This document shows positions 19,217-29,112 of a DNA stretch of 64,000 nt, one piece after another (position 1 is the stretch's first letter; the number at the start of each line of letters is the position of its first letter). The notes beneath the pieces were generated by a model. The model searched no databases and was not told the origin of the DNA. It saw only the letters and a program-made list of their open reading frames with translations. The stretch covers positions 32,001-96,000 of the IMG/VR virus record IMGVR_UViG_3300021375_000007; one strand, 5' to 3'. The translations under genes were made by a program, and so were the position numbers. This DNA is from a virus.

Positions 19217-20098
19217 TTATTTAGAAAGACCAGCCAATTTCTTCCATCTAGTTGCTAATTCATTACCTTCAGTAATTACTCTAGCAGCTGGTTTGGTAGA
19301 CCTGGTTGGCTTAGACGCGTATGATTCTTTAATACGCACCTTTGATTTTGTTTTACCGAATCCTTCGGCTAAAGTTGAATAAACTAATTTCACTTCTCTC
19401 ATATTATGAGCTCGATCAAAGTTTTCAATAACTTTCATCTTTTGTGATTCATTCAACTCGTGGTTCTTAAATAACTTATTTGAGAATAGCAATTTAGCGT
19501 TTAGAAGATTAACTTCTTGAAGTTGAGATTTCAGATAACGGATTACATTGTAAGCTTCTTCCATTTCTTTCTCGTACTTACCTTCTTCCATTTCATCTTC
19601 GTCTGCAGCTTCGTCCATGTCATCTTCTTCTTCACGTAATGAAGCGATAACTTCATCTAGGTCAATCTCTTCATCCATTTCATCGTCATACTTACCTTCA
19701 CCGATTTCTGATGAATCACCAGCATCAACATCTAATTTGTTGTCACCAGTTCCAATTTCATCTGAATCAGCAGCGTCAAGTTCACGTAAAATTTCGTCAA
19801 GATCTAATTCCATGTCAGCATCTTCCATACCGGAATCGCCATCTAAGTCAAGTTCCATATCTTCTTCAAGATCTAAATCCATTGATGGTTCGATTGGTGC
19901 TTCTATTTCATTGCCTAAGTCAAGTTCCATGTCTTCTTCCATTTCCATATCATCTTCCATCTCTTCTGCTAATTTAGCATGGAGCATAGATTGTAAACGT
20001 GGAGTGAAAGCTTCTTCTAAAGCAGCTTTGGCGTTAGCCATTGCAGTTTCTCTTACAGCCTTTGCGTCAGCAATTGCCTCTTTTAAAAGATCATTCAT
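19217..20098 (-). CDS. Prohead core scaffold protein (gp22-like)
   Basis: Very acidic coiled coil with DMELDL repeats; C-terminal RWKKLAGL; immediately upstream of the capsid gene. Confidence 0.8.
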   Translation of the reverse strand: MNDLLKEAIADAKAVRETAMANAKAALEEAFTPRLQSMLHAKLAEEMEDDMEMEEDMELDLGNEIEAPIEPSMDLDLEEDMELDLDGDSGMEDADMELDLDEILRELDAADSDEIGTGDNKLDVDAGDSSEIGEGKYDDEMDEEIDLDEVIASLREEEDDMDEAADEDEMEEGKYEKEMEEAYNVIRYLKSQLQEVNLLNAKLLFSNKLFKNHELNESQKMKVIENFDRAHNMREVKLVYSTLAEGFGKTKSKVRIKESYASKPTRSTKPAARVITEGNELATRWKKLAGLSK

Positions 20099-20226
20099 TT
20101 GTTGTCCTTAATTATAATTTGCGGAAATAAGATTATTCTGAATCTTAATAGATATAAATAAATTTTGTCAGGGACTATACATTGAGGTATAGTATCGGAT
20201 AATCAGTAATATATATGCCGAACAGT

Positions 20227-20255
20227 AAAAAAGGCGACCGTTAAGCCACCTTTTT
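20227..20255 (-). terminator. Probable intrinsic terminator after bS21
   Basis: Sense GGTGGC-TTAACG-GTCGCC-TTTTTT with G-U pairs. Confidence 0.7.
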
Positions 20256-20273
20256 ATTTAATCTATATGAATA

Positions 20274-20531
20274 TTAATCATACATATGCTCCCATCTCTT
20301 TCGCGAATTATATATACTCGTCTTTCTTGCTACACGCCTTTTGGTAGTAGGTTTAGTATATTCTTTGTTATCTTTTAGCTTTTGAATAACATCAGTTGCT
20401 TTAAGTTTGCTTTTCCAAGCTCGGAGCGCTCCTGCAATATCACCGGAAGGATTTCTTTTTGTTTTGGCTACTCGAGTAGCATTAGGGTTACCATGTACTA
20501 TAGACTGGTGGAATCGTAACTGTCTGCTCAT
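20274..20531 (-). CDS. rpsU: Phage-encoded 30S ribosomal protein bS21
   Basis: Basic 85 aa protein with DIAGALRAWKSKLK...VIQKLKDNKEYTKPTTKRR..RK, matching the bS21 pattern; sits among head genes, as reported for bS21 phages. Confidence 0.8.
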   Translation of the reverse strand: MSRQLRFHQSIVHGNPNATRVAKTKRNPSGDIAGALRAWKSKLKATDVIQKLKDNKEYTKPTTKRRVARKTSIYNSRKRWEHMYD

Positions 20532-20560
20532 TTAATAATTTAATCGTTAATAATGCTTTT

Positions 20561-20589
20561 AATATAAGTAATTTATTTTATTTATCCTA
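20561..20589 (-). promoter_or_regulatory. Host-type (-33/-7) promoter upstream of bS21
   Basis: Sense TAG-N20-TATATTAA, a variant of the TTG-N19/20-TATATT motif found at three other loci. Confidence 0.5.
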
Positions 20590-21177
20590 ATATTGCTCTT
20601 CATTATCAAATTCATCATCTTCTTCATCACCAAACTCATTCCATCCATCTTCTTCTTCATCATCCCACTCATTCTCCTCTTCTTCTTCATAATCAGAATC
20701 ATAATCGAATAAATCCACATCACTTTTAGTAGTTGGAATCATTTCTACATGACGCACTGCATATTTAAACAATCCTTCAAGAAACTTTTCATATTGCTTA
20801 TCCGTTGTAGTACCTACTACAGCTTTTTCAAGTTTCTTAAATGCATCTTGAATCTGAGGATCAATTTCGTTATGCCTACGTAAGAATGCCATTGCCGGTG
20901 CAGCGGTTTGTGTTCCATATCCTTGATAAAACTTATCACCGTCATTATACCATCGGTAACCGATTCTATTTACAGCACGGACTATCTCACCATTCAGAGT
21001 GCCGGCATTTCCTTGGCCTGGTACTAGCTTGTCAAAATATTTATCTAATTCTTTACCATCTTTGGTATCTCGTGCATATTCCAATAATTGGCGCTTTGTA
21101 TTACCAAATAATCTATTATAGGATTCTGCTAGATTAATTTTTTCAGCTTTAAAATTTTCTATCAAATGTTTTTTCAT
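20587..21177 (-). CDS. Hypothetical protein with acidic tail (candidate internal head protein)
   Basis: 196 aa; N-terminal LIE/LAE/LLE sites; Asp/Glu-rich C-terminus. Confidence 0.7.
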   Translation of the reverse strand: MKKHLIENFKAEKINLAESYNRLFGNTKRQLLEYARDTKDGKELDKYFDKLVPGQGNAGTLNGEIVRAVNRIGYRWYNDGDKFYQGYGTQTAAPAMAFLRRHNEIDPQIQDAFKKLEKAVVGTTTDKQYEKFLEGLFKYAVRHVEMIPTTKSDVDLFDYDSDYEEEEENEWDDEEEDGWNEFGDEEDDEFDNEEQY

Positions 21178-21572
21178 TATAGCGATCCATTAACTTTGTA
21201 ATACTTGTTTAATACTGACCCCATATCTTCATATGCCGATTCTAATCGTTGCTGTAGACCATCCATCTCTCCGGAAGTCTTTTCAAATACTTTATAAGCT
21301 TCTTTTAATTGCTTCATATGACGTGATACAGTAACATTATCAAACCAATGTTCAGATTCTTGAAGAGTTAATTGTTCTGCCGCTTCTATGATATTTGCCA
21401 TATTAGATGCAGTTTCTTTTAATTTATTAGCTCTATATATGTTTTCACCGATAGAATGATAATTAGCAACTGCTTCCATAAAAGCACGTTTTTCATCCGT
21501 ATTCATTTTTGCTGGTTCTTCTTCCTGCAAAAACTTTTCATATAATGCCATTGCTGATTTAGTATCTTTCAT
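21177..21572 (-). CDS. Hypothetical coiled-coil head-region protein
   Basis: Start revised to ATG 21572 (GGAG SD upstream); helical. Confidence 0.7.
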   Translation of the reverse strand: MKDTKSAMALYEKFLQEEEPAKMNTDEKRAFMEAVANYHSIGENIYRANKLKETASNMANIIEAAEQLTLQESEHWFDNVTVSRHMKQLKEAYKVFEKTSGEMDGLQQRLESAYEDMGSVLNKYYKVNGSL

Positions 21573-21573
21573 T

Positions 21574-21891
21574 TTACTCTCCTGTATCACCTATATTGGG
21601 ATCAATGCCTGTCATATCTGGTTCTGTGATTCCTGATTGTGACTTTTTCTTTCTTGTCAAGAATTTAATTGTATTATCTAAGCCTTTCTCCAATGCTCCC
21701 ATATACCGGGAAAATGTAATGAATTGCTGTTCGTTGTTAGCTTCTAGTTCAGTACCAACCTCTTTATGCACTTGCAATAACTCATTATATAAGTCATTAA
21801 ATTTACCAATTGCATAATCATAATCAACTTGCTCGGATAATATCTTAGAATATTCTTCTCGAATAATCTTTCTTAAATCATCTTGCTTCAT
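21574..21891 (-). CDS. Hypothetical protein (candidate internal head protein)
   Basis: N-terminal LRKIIREEYSKILSE motif. Confidence 0.7.
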   Translation of the reverse strand: MKQDDLRKIIREEYSKILSEQVDYDYAIGKFNDLYNELLQVHKEVGTELEANNEQQFITFSRYMGALEKGLDNTIKFLTRKKKSQSGITEPDMTGIDPNIGDTGE

Positions 21892-21902
21892 CAGTTACCT
21901 TA

Positions 21903-22316
21903 TTAATATGGTGGTGTTTGTACACCCGGTCCATATTCACCTGGTGCATTAGGTGTAAGCGCATATGGTTGATTAGCTAATATATCAGCAAATGAAGTAC
22001 CACTACTTGCAAATGGATCCATATAATTACCAGTACCTATATCCGGAGATGAATTAATAGGACCATAAAAGCTAACACCGGCTGCACCTGCATTATGCAA
22101 AGACTTTCGGTTATTTATGCTTCTACTTTTAACATTGCCAAAAGCAAAGTTTTTATTTCCTATTCCCCATACACCTGAATCTTTTGGATCATCTCCATCC
22201 GGTCCAGGATTAGAATATCCAACAAGATTAGATACTGTGGTAGCTGGTAACCCGTTTGTTCCTTGCGTATATCCACCGTATAAACTTGTTCCTGCCATTG
22301 CTGCTAAAGATGCCAT
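21903..22316 (-). CDS. Gly/Pro-rich hypothetical protein
   Basis: 137 aa ORF packed directly behind the protease gene. Confidence 0.65.
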   Translation of the reverse strand: MASLAAMAGTSLYGGYTQGTNGLPATTVSNLVGYSNPGPDGDDPKDSGVWGIGNKNFAFGNVKSRSINNRKSLHNAGAAGVSFYGPINSSPDIGTGNYMDPFASSGTSFADILANQPYALTPNAPGEYGPGVQTPPY

Positions 22317-22317
22317 A

Positions 22318-22929
22318 TTAGAATTCCTTTATTATATCTGTTATCAATCTATTTATAGATAAATATGGATCTACGGTGCTTTTGCTCCCGGCAGATTCAT
22401 TAACCGGTGATAGAAAAGCTCCATGCGTCGATGGATTAGAAACAAAATCAAATCCTATCAATTCAAAGTCAGGCTGTACTTGCAATTCCATTCCGCTACC
22501 AGCTTCTGTCATTACCTCTTTCACTGATCCCATACCTCTAGAAGATATTCCTAATCTGATTCCAGATTTAAATAATTCCTTAAGTATATTACCGGATGGT
22601 GTTGATAATACTTCTACAGTACCTACCAAATCATTTCCAGCCCAATGCATTTCTAATACATTATGTGACACATTATTCAAATTGATAATGTTTGAATCTG
22701 GATGATCTAATTCACCTAAAGCTCTTCGCTCTTTAATAAAGGTATCATATTTAGTAGCTTCACGTTCTAAAATAGATTTCGGATAAACTCTTTCATTCTG
22801 GTTTTTAGCATCCGCTCTTTGTAATGTACCTTTAACAATTAACCGACCACCGTTATTCTCCAAACTTTCATTAATTTGTTGCGGAGATACTTGAAATGGT
22901 ATATAATCTAATATTAATTGCTTTGACAT
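22318..22929 (-). CDS. Prohead core protease (gp21-like)
   Basis: NQNERVYP, ALGELDHP, VSH, TPSG, GISSRGMGS and DFVSNPS motifs. Confidence 0.96.
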   Translation of the reverse strand: MSKQLILDYIPFQVSPQQINESLENNGGRLIVKGTLQRADAKNQNERVYPKSILEREATKYDTFIKERRALGELDHPDSNIINLNNVSHNVLEMHWAGNDLVGTVEVLSTPSGNILKELFKSGIRLGISSRGMGSVKEVMTEAGSGMELQVQPDFELIGFDFVSNPSTHGAFLSPVNESAGSKSTVDPYLSINRLITDIIKEF

Positions 22930-22938
22930 TTTATTCCT

Positions 22939-23991
22939 TTATTTGGATAATTCTTTTAATCGATTAGATATACGAGTCATTCGTTCATTTATCTTTGCAA
23001 ATCTCTGTCCGGTTGATTTCCAGAAATGAGATGAATCAACACCTGTTTCTTGTTTGAGACGTAAATTGTTATTTACTATCTTTTCCATCTCACTTAACAT
23101 TTTATTAACTTCGGCAATACCTTTGTTAACTTTTTGCTTTGGAGTGGAATTTGGATCTTTTTTATATTCTCTATATGATACTGCTTCATCCAGTTTATTT
23201 AGAATTGGATATAATTCTCTAACCATGGTCGCGTCTTCTGGTATTTCATCTTTACCAACCATTGAGGCGCCAATGTGGTCAGCAACAGCATCAACATTGC
23301 CACCAGTTACCTTAAATCCTAGGTCTTTTAAAATATCTGCAGAAAGTTCTTCGATATCGCCGGATTCAAATTGACTATAGTTGCCTCTATTAAATTCGCG
23401 AATTTTTCTTACTGCTGCCGCTATATCAATATGCACGGCTTCTTTAAGGCCATACATTTCAGCCATCATTTTCTTAAAAGTAGATTTACCTTCCATTGGT
23501 TTGAATATTTTATTTGTTTTTGGAATCTTTTTCCATCCATCAACTTCTACGGTATCTTCATCAGCATCGCCAAATGCATTTGGAGTATCATAGCCTGGTG
23601 CCGAAGCCGTAGTCGACATTTCAGTTACACTTTCTTCTACCCAGGTATTATATCCTGGCTCAAGTATAAATGTATATGTATTGCCATCTCTAAATGTTAC
23701 TTCAACTCTATCATCTGAAATTTGTTTTACTTTTTTAGCTGTACCATAGCCTGGATAATCTTTTCCTGCCATCCATATAGCTACACCCATTCCGGTTATA
23801 TCTTCTTCCTCATCCATTTTAGCTATAGTACCAAAACGCTTATGAAGATATTCATCAGAATCATCTGTATCACCGTCATTATCAATATCCTTGTCTTCAA
23901 GGTTATCGAAATCTGTTACAGCTTCTTCATCATCAATGAAGTCTGCTTTTTCATGTATAAAATATTTTTTCATTTCAGACCTTAAACTCAT
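22939..23991 (-). CDS. Hypothetical acidic head-region protein
   Basis: 350 aa; DIDNDGDTDDSDEYL EF-hand-like loop; several (L/V/M)-x-E sites; C-terminal coiled coil. Confidence 0.7.
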   Translation of the reverse strand: MSLRSEMKKYFIHEKADFIDDEEAVTDFDNLEDKDIDNDGDTDDSDEYLHKRFGTIAKMDEEEDITGMGVAIWMAGKDYPGYGTAKKVKQISDDRVEVTFRDGNTYTFILEPGYNTWVEESVTEMSTTASAPGYDTPNAFGDADEDTVEVDGWKKIPKTNKIFKPMEGKSTFKKMMAEMYGLKEAVHIDIAAAVRKIREFNRGNYSQFESGDIEELSADILKDLGFKVTGGNVDAVADHIGASMVGKDEIPEDATMVRELYPILNKLDEAVSYREYKKDPNSTPKQKVNKGIAEVNKMLSEMEKIVNNNLRLKQETGVDSSHFWKSTGQRFAKINERMTRISNRLKELSK

Positions 23992-24302
23992 TGTTGTCTT
24001 TTAAATGTAAATACATCGCCTGTATCTGCTACTATTTTACTTGGCGTAATATCATAAATAGTACCTACAACTAAATCATTGCCATCAATAGTAGCACCAC
24101 CAGCGACATGAATTTTAGTAGCGGCTACATTTGCAGCATTGCCAATTAAAACAGCACCATATCCATAATTAGAGCCGGTAAAGTTAACTGTTGCTCCTGA
24201 TGCTACCTTTAAGGCTGAATGATACTTGCCTGGAAATCCTAACCTATCAAATTGGTTTTTATCTGTTGCCACTGGATTATATGGTCCTGGATTATTTGCC
24301 AT
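23988..24302 (-). CDS. Hypothetical small beta-rich virion protein
   Basis: 104 aa, overlapping both neighbours in the head module. Confidence 0.65.
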   Translation of the reverse strand: MANNPGPYNPVATDKNQFDRLGFPGKYHSALKVASGATVNFTGSNYGYGAVLIGNAANVAATKIHVAGGATIDGNDLVVGTIYDITPSKIVADTGDVFTFKRQQ

Positions 24303-25140
24303 TCTGAACTCCTTTTAATTGATCGATTAATTCATAATATCGAAGCATTGTAAGTATATGCTTGTCTTGAATAGTTTTAATATCATTCATTCCACTAACC
24401 ATATTGGTTACTTCCTGTAATTTAATCTTAACTACCTTAGATGGAATTGTACTATTCAATGTATTTAGATTTTCAACAATTACTGGAATTTGGTTTTTAA
24501 CCTTATCTAGCAATGCAGGAGAATTATTAACTGAATTAACATATTCTTTTAATAGTTCTTTTTGATCTACATTTAATCCAGAATACTTTTCATTGAACCT
24601 ATCAACTACAATTTTAGATGCAAGCTTCCGTACTACCGGATCTTCTTTAGTAAATGATTCATTAACTGGTATGGATTCTTTTTCTTTACGAATTACATAT
24701 TCAATTATCATACCTTGACATCTAGTAATCTCTGCAGGGGAATCGGCAATATTATATTCAAATAATTTATAAATACTTGCATTCAATTTATAGTTTGAAA
24801 TACGTGCATTTATAAAGTTTTCAAATACCAATTTGTTTTTAATATCACGAATCAAATTATATTTTGATCTACGCAATGTTGTTTCATTTAATTGCTTGCG
24901 TGATTGAACTGCGGCTGATAAAAATCTAGTAGCTTGTGCTTCGGCCACGAATCTTTCTTCGGCTAATGTACGGTATAGTGATAATTCCTTATATAATTCC
25001 GTACCTTCTCTGAAATGTTTCTTTAAAAGTACTATTGCCGGCGAGTCACGATTCTCCATCGTATCGGCAGCAACTTGACGTACTAACAGTTCAAAAAGAA
25101 TAGCAGTATTCTTTACTTTAGAATGTTTTAATGAATTCAT
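24292..25140 (-). CDS. Hypothetical head-module protein
   Basis: 282 aa helical protein (KHSKVKNTAILFELLVRQ) directly downstream of portal; late motif variant upstream. Confidence 0.75.
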   Translation of the reverse strand: MNSLKHSKVKNTAILFELLVRQVAADTMENRDSPAIVLLKKHFREGTELYKELSLYRTLAEERFVAEAQATRFLSAAVQSRKQLNETTLRRSKYNLIRDIKNKLVFENFINARISNYKLNASIYKLFEYNIADSPAEITRCQGMIIEYVIRKEKESIPVNESFTKEDPVVRKLASKIVVDRFNEKYSGLNVDQKELLKEYVNSVNNSPALLDKVKNQIPVIVENLNTLNSTIPSKVVKIKLQEVTNMVSGMNDIKTIQDKHILTMLRYYELIDQLKGVQNGK

Positions 25141-25188
25141 TCAAATCTTCCATTTTTCTGAGCATTTTTAATAAATATAGAACACATA

Positions 25189-27060
25189 CTATTTCACTGT
25201 TTTTTCGTCTTCAATTAAATTACTCTCGTCTAATAATGTACCATTATCATTATCAGAAGATTTGTCTTTAAGACTTTCATTTAATATTTGCTTACTTTTT
25301 AAACTAGTTGGTAATGTACTTATAAATGATGATATATCTTTCTGTTCCGTGCTTAAAGCACTACCACCTTTGAAATCCGAGGTAGTTGAAAAGTCAGGGG
25401 CAGCTTTATCTTTAACACCAAATGGATCTCTACCAAATGCATCTTTATGCTTGCCCCAAGTTCCATATTCTTTTGGACGGCCAGGTCCTGCTTCATTGTT
25501 ATCAGGCATACCTGGTAGATTGGCACTTGTTGCTGTATGCATGGTGGCTATATCATGTGGTGTACCAAAGCTCATATTTGTTTTCTTAGGATCATTTCCT
25601 TCGCTGCTTATTTGCTCTCTTCGGAAGCGTTCTTTAAGATCTTCTATTACCTGGTCTTGTTCGTTCTTCCATTCATCCTCAGACATATCAAATATATTTT
25701 CATATATCCATTGTTCTGAGAACATATTAAGTTCAATTAAATTAGCAGCCAACCCTTGACGCTCATTCATTAATTCAACTTTTTGCTTCTCATATATAAT
25801 TGAAGGACTAGTTAAATGTAATTCAAAATCAATTAATTCTTCATCTTGAAATCCTTGACTATATAAATGAACAATTGCTATCTTAGTTAGTTCTGAAATA
25901 AAGATTCTTTGAATCCTTTCAATTGTACGTGCAAATCGAATATCTTCTGCGGCTAATGTTGCTTTTCCTTCAACACCTTCGTCATATCCTAAGAATGCTT
26001 TTGGTATTTTAAGAGCTGACATCATCTTGTTACGTAAATATTCTATATCATCAATCTGACCATCATTTGATAAGCCTTGCAATGATTCAATACGTGTTCC
26101 AGACTCTCCACCTCTTACCGGAAGATAAAAATCTTCAAGCATATTCATCAAATTGAATTTAAGATTATATTCACCTGTCTGTTCATCGATATACGGAGTC
26201 TTTTTCATTTTGTTCATGATATTCTGCATATGAGAATCAACTTCGTTAGGCGGTATATTACCTACATCAATATAAAACAATCTTCTTTCTGGGGCTCTCA
26301 TTATTCTATGCAAGAGCATTGCATCTTCCATTAATATCAATTGCTTGAATACTTTTCGAGCACCTTCAATCATTGATTTACCATATGGTAAGAAATTAGC
26401 ATCTGATAGTAATCTGAAGTGAGCTACTTCATATGGTTCTAATTCATTCTTCTGTGATACTGAATATGAATTAACTGTTTGCAATGTAAATCTATATGCA
26501 TATGGATTATCAGGATCATATCCTTCTTCACGAACTACTTCATAAGATGACATAGGAGTTACATTAATAATTCCTATTTCCGGCTCGATATCTAAATGCA
26601 AATAAAAATCACCATATTTACATGCATTTCGTACCCATGGCCATAAATTGTATTCAATATTTAAAATATCATAAAACAAGTTATGTAGTATTTTTTGTAT
26701 CTTAGCATTATTAGTCTTAATACCTAATACATCATTTTCAACATTCTTTACTGTAGATTCATCTGCATATACATCTAATGCAGAGGCTATAATAGGATCT
26801 AAGTCCATTGCCTCATATTCAGTATATAATTCTGTTCTATTAGATTGAAAACTATATCCGGTACCATTATAAGTACTATACCGGCCTGATTTCTGCTGTA
26901 CTCCGGCGAATCGATCTGCATATCGACTATTATTAGCATTACCTGCTGATTGTAATCGGTTACTGTCTACGACCTTTAATCGATCCTTACCTAACCGACG
27001 AACTACTACATTTGTAGAAAATAGTCGTTCTAGTCTTTTAAAAAATGATTTATCTGCCAT
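25189..27060 (-). CDS. Portal protein (gp20-like)
   Basis: QLILMEDAMLLHRIMRAPERRLFYIDVGNIP, MLEDFYLP, DDIEYLRNK and EDIRFARTIERIQ motifs. Confidence 0.97.
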   Translation of the reverse strand: MADKSFFKRLERLFSTNVVVRRLGKDRLKVVDSNRLQSAGNANNSRYADRFAGVQQKSGRYSTYNGTGYSFQSNRTELYTEYEAMDLDPIIASALDVYADESTVKNVENDVLGIKTNNAKIQKILHNLFYDILNIEYNLWPWVRNACKYGDFYLHLDIEPEIGIINVTPMSSYEVVREEGYDPDNPYAYRFTLQTVNSYSVSQKNELEPYEVAHFRLLSDANFLPYGKSMIEGARKVFKQLILMEDAMLLHRIMRAPERRLFYIDVGNIPPNEVDSHMQNIMNKMKKTPYIDEQTGEYNLKFNLMNMLEDFYLPVRGGESGTRIESLQGLSNDGQIDDIEYLRNKMMSALKIPKAFLGYDEGVEGKATLAAEDIRFARTIERIQRIFISELTKIAIVHLYSQGFQDEELIDFELHLTSPSIIYEKQKVELMNERQGLAANLIELNMFSEQWIYENIFDMSEDEWKNEQDQVIEDLKERFRREQISSEGNDPKKTNMSFGTPHDIATMHTATSANLPGMPDNNEAGPGRPKEYGTWGKHKDAFGRDPFGVKDKAAPDFSTTSDFKGGSALSTEQKDISSFISTLPTSLKSKQILNESLKDKSSDNDNGTLLDESNLIEDEKTVK

Positions 27061-27087
27061 TATCTCGTTGTTTTATATAAATATTAA

Positions 27088-28668
27088 CTATTCTAATAAC
27101 CAGTTAAGATTATCATTATCTTTATCTCCAGATTGCCATTCCCAGCCTTGCGCGGTACCAGTTTTGCTAGAATATACTCCAGAATTTGATTTGCCAAAAT
27201 GGCCTAAAGCCTTACGTGATAAATCTAATCCTTGTTGCTTTAATCGTAATGCAGTATCTCGTATCCATAATGCAATTCCTAAGGACATAACTAAATCATC
27301 ATTATAACCTCGCTGAGCTTCTGCTCTAGAACCATTCCATATAAATGTAAACAATTCATCGATGCATCTATTTGAATGTACTACAATACCCTTTTCTCTG
27401 AAATATGTTTCTAATTTAGAAAGTAGCAATGGACGAGTTTTTGTCGTAGTTGAAAATCCAGGTACCATTTGTGATTTACTTTTGAGGTCATATCCTTTTC
27501 GTAAATGCACATTTTCATCTACATATGCATCTTGCTTGTAAGAATAATATAAATTATCATATCCTTTATCAATAGCAACTTGAATTGTCGCCCATCCAAT
27601 ATTATTGTTCTCAATAACTAATAACGCATTATTCCATTCAGTTGCAACTCCAATAAGCATATTACCATATTCGGTAGTACCTATCTTTCCTTTGTATTCT
27701 GCAACTTGCCGGACTTCATCTATATCAATTACATGAAACGCGCTGTAATCACTACCATCACCTCGAGCCACGTCAGCAACCACTGCGTATGATTTTGAAT
27801 AGTTCGGGTAATCCCATAACCAATAGTTTCCATCAAATCCTCTTTTTTCTATAGGGTCTTTTGTATATGTTTCTTTATACCACTGTAACAATGTACCGTC
27901 GATTACGGTATGGCCAGAAGAAACAAAATCACAATCACATTCCTGTGCTGCCATTTTCTCGCCTAAGAGCTGATCTTGTTCTGCTCTCCAAGTTTCATCT
28001 CGGTCCGGATGCATTGACCAATGTAATTCTATAGGTAAGAATTGCCCACCACTCTGAGCATCAACCCATGTTTTATGAAACCAATTACCGGTACCGTTAG
28101 GAGTAGATAATGCAATACAGCCACCACCAGTTGCTAACGTTTGTTGTGCCGCGGTCCATATCTCATCGATATTTTTAATAAATGCAGCCTCATCTAATAC
28201 TAGTAATGATAAGGCTTCTGATCTACCTGAGGTGCCTGATGATGATACGGCCTTTACTTGAGAACCATTTTTAAATCGTAAACTTAATTTGTTATTTTCA
28301 ACCAATCCACCTTGTAACCATTTTGGTAAATTATCATGCATTACCTGTATCTTAGTTACAAGATTTTTTGCAACATCTTTCGTGGTTGCAATTACTAGCA
28401 CATTGAAATCTGATTTAAAAAGCATTGACCATAAAATATAGCCAGCCGTTAATGTTGATATTCCTAATTGTCTAGATTTAAGAATAATTGAATATCGAGA
28501 ATCTCGTAATTCTGTTAATGATTGCTCTTGGAATGGATATAAATGAAAATAGGTTTTACCTCTGGTAGGATGTTGTATAATACAATACTTTTTCATGAAA
28601 TGTGCAGGATCTATTGCACATCGTTTAAACTCATCCTGTATTATTTCTCGTATTGATTTCTTGGCCAT
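27088..28668 (-). CDS. Terminase large subunit (gp17-like)
   Basis: LYPFQ, KSRQLGIST, LVLDEAAF and STPNG ATPase motifs; DVARG...D and DDLVM nuclease motifs. Confidence 0.97.
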   Translation of the reverse strand: MAKKSIREIIQDEFKRCAIDPAHFMKKYCIIQHPTRGKTYFHLYPFQEQSLTELRDSRYSIILKSRQLGISTLTAGYILWSMLFKSDFNVLVIATTKDVAKNLVTKIQVMHDNLPKWLQGGLVENNKLSLRFKNGSQVKAVSSSGTSGRSEALSLLVLDEAAFIKNIDEIWTAAQQTLATGGGCIALSTPNGTGNWFHKTWVDAQSGGQFLPIELHWSMHPDRDETWRAEQDQLLGEKMAAQECDCDFVSSGHTVIDGTLLQWYKETYTKDPIEKRGFDGNYWLWDYPNYSKSYAVVADVARGDGSDYSAFHVIDIDEVRQVAEYKGKIGTTEYGNMLIGVATEWNNALLVIENNNIGWATIQVAIDKGYDNLYYSYKQDAYVDENVHLRKGYDLKSKSQMVPGFSTTTKTRPLLLSKLETYFREKGIVVHSNRCIDELFTFIWNGSRAEAQRGYNDDLVMSLGIALWIRDTALRLKQQGLDLSRKALGHFGKSNSGVYSSKTGTAQGWEWQSGDKDNDNLNWLLE

Positions 28669-28679
28669 AAAGTACTTTT

Positions 28680-28709
28680 AATATAAGAAAAATTAAAGTG
28701 ATAACCAAA
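28680..28709 (-). promoter_or_regulatory. Host-type (-33/-7) promoter upstream of terminase
   Basis: Sense TTTG-N20-TATATTAA. Confidence 0.6.
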
Positions 28710-29112
28710 TAATTGCCGCAATTGAACCAATTGCTATTGTGGTACCACTAGCTATAATTGCAATACGCTTTCGTCGCTCTTTTTTTGCTTTAACTAGATA
28801 TAATTTAATTTGATCATCCTTTACATCTATTAGATCATTCAAATCATTTACTTCATACTTATATCTACGTATAACACCTTTATAATTAATTATTACACTA
28901 TCCTTTTCTAATAGTTGAGCATCCTTAAGTGTTACAATTTTTCGAGTTGCGAGTAATTCAGCCTTACAAAAATCCCCAGACTTTATATCTTGTATAGCAC
29001 TTATAAGATATGATTTAGGTAAACAAATAATTGTATCATTTACCGTAACGCTTTGCGAAAAACTCTGAAATGTCGTTAGTATTAAAATTACTAATAGTTT
29101 CCAATGTTTCAT
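28693..29112 (-). CDS. Secreted coiled-coil protein with C-terminal membrane segment (spanin-like partner)
   Basis: Start revised to ATG 29112 (AAGGAGG SD); signal peptide ending SFS-Q; coiled coil, basic patch and hydrophobic C-terminus. Confidence 0.6.
   Translation of the reverse strand: MKHWKLLVILILTTFQSFSQSVTVNDTIICLPKSYLISAIQDIKSGDFCKAELLATRKIVTLKDAQLLEKDSVIINYKGVIRRYKYEVNDLNDLIDVKDDQIKLYLVKAKKERRKRIAIIASGTTIAIGSIAAIIWLSL

Noticed and set aside
19560-19970. Repetitive tcttc/catc tracts (also 20600-20700 and 30010-30120) as DNA repeat elements
   Set aside because: Explained by Asp/Glu-rich low-complexity protein coding
17526-28668. Introns or inteins in capsid, portal or terminase genes
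   Set aside because: The ORFs are continuous, of expected size, and show no intein or homing endonuclease motifs
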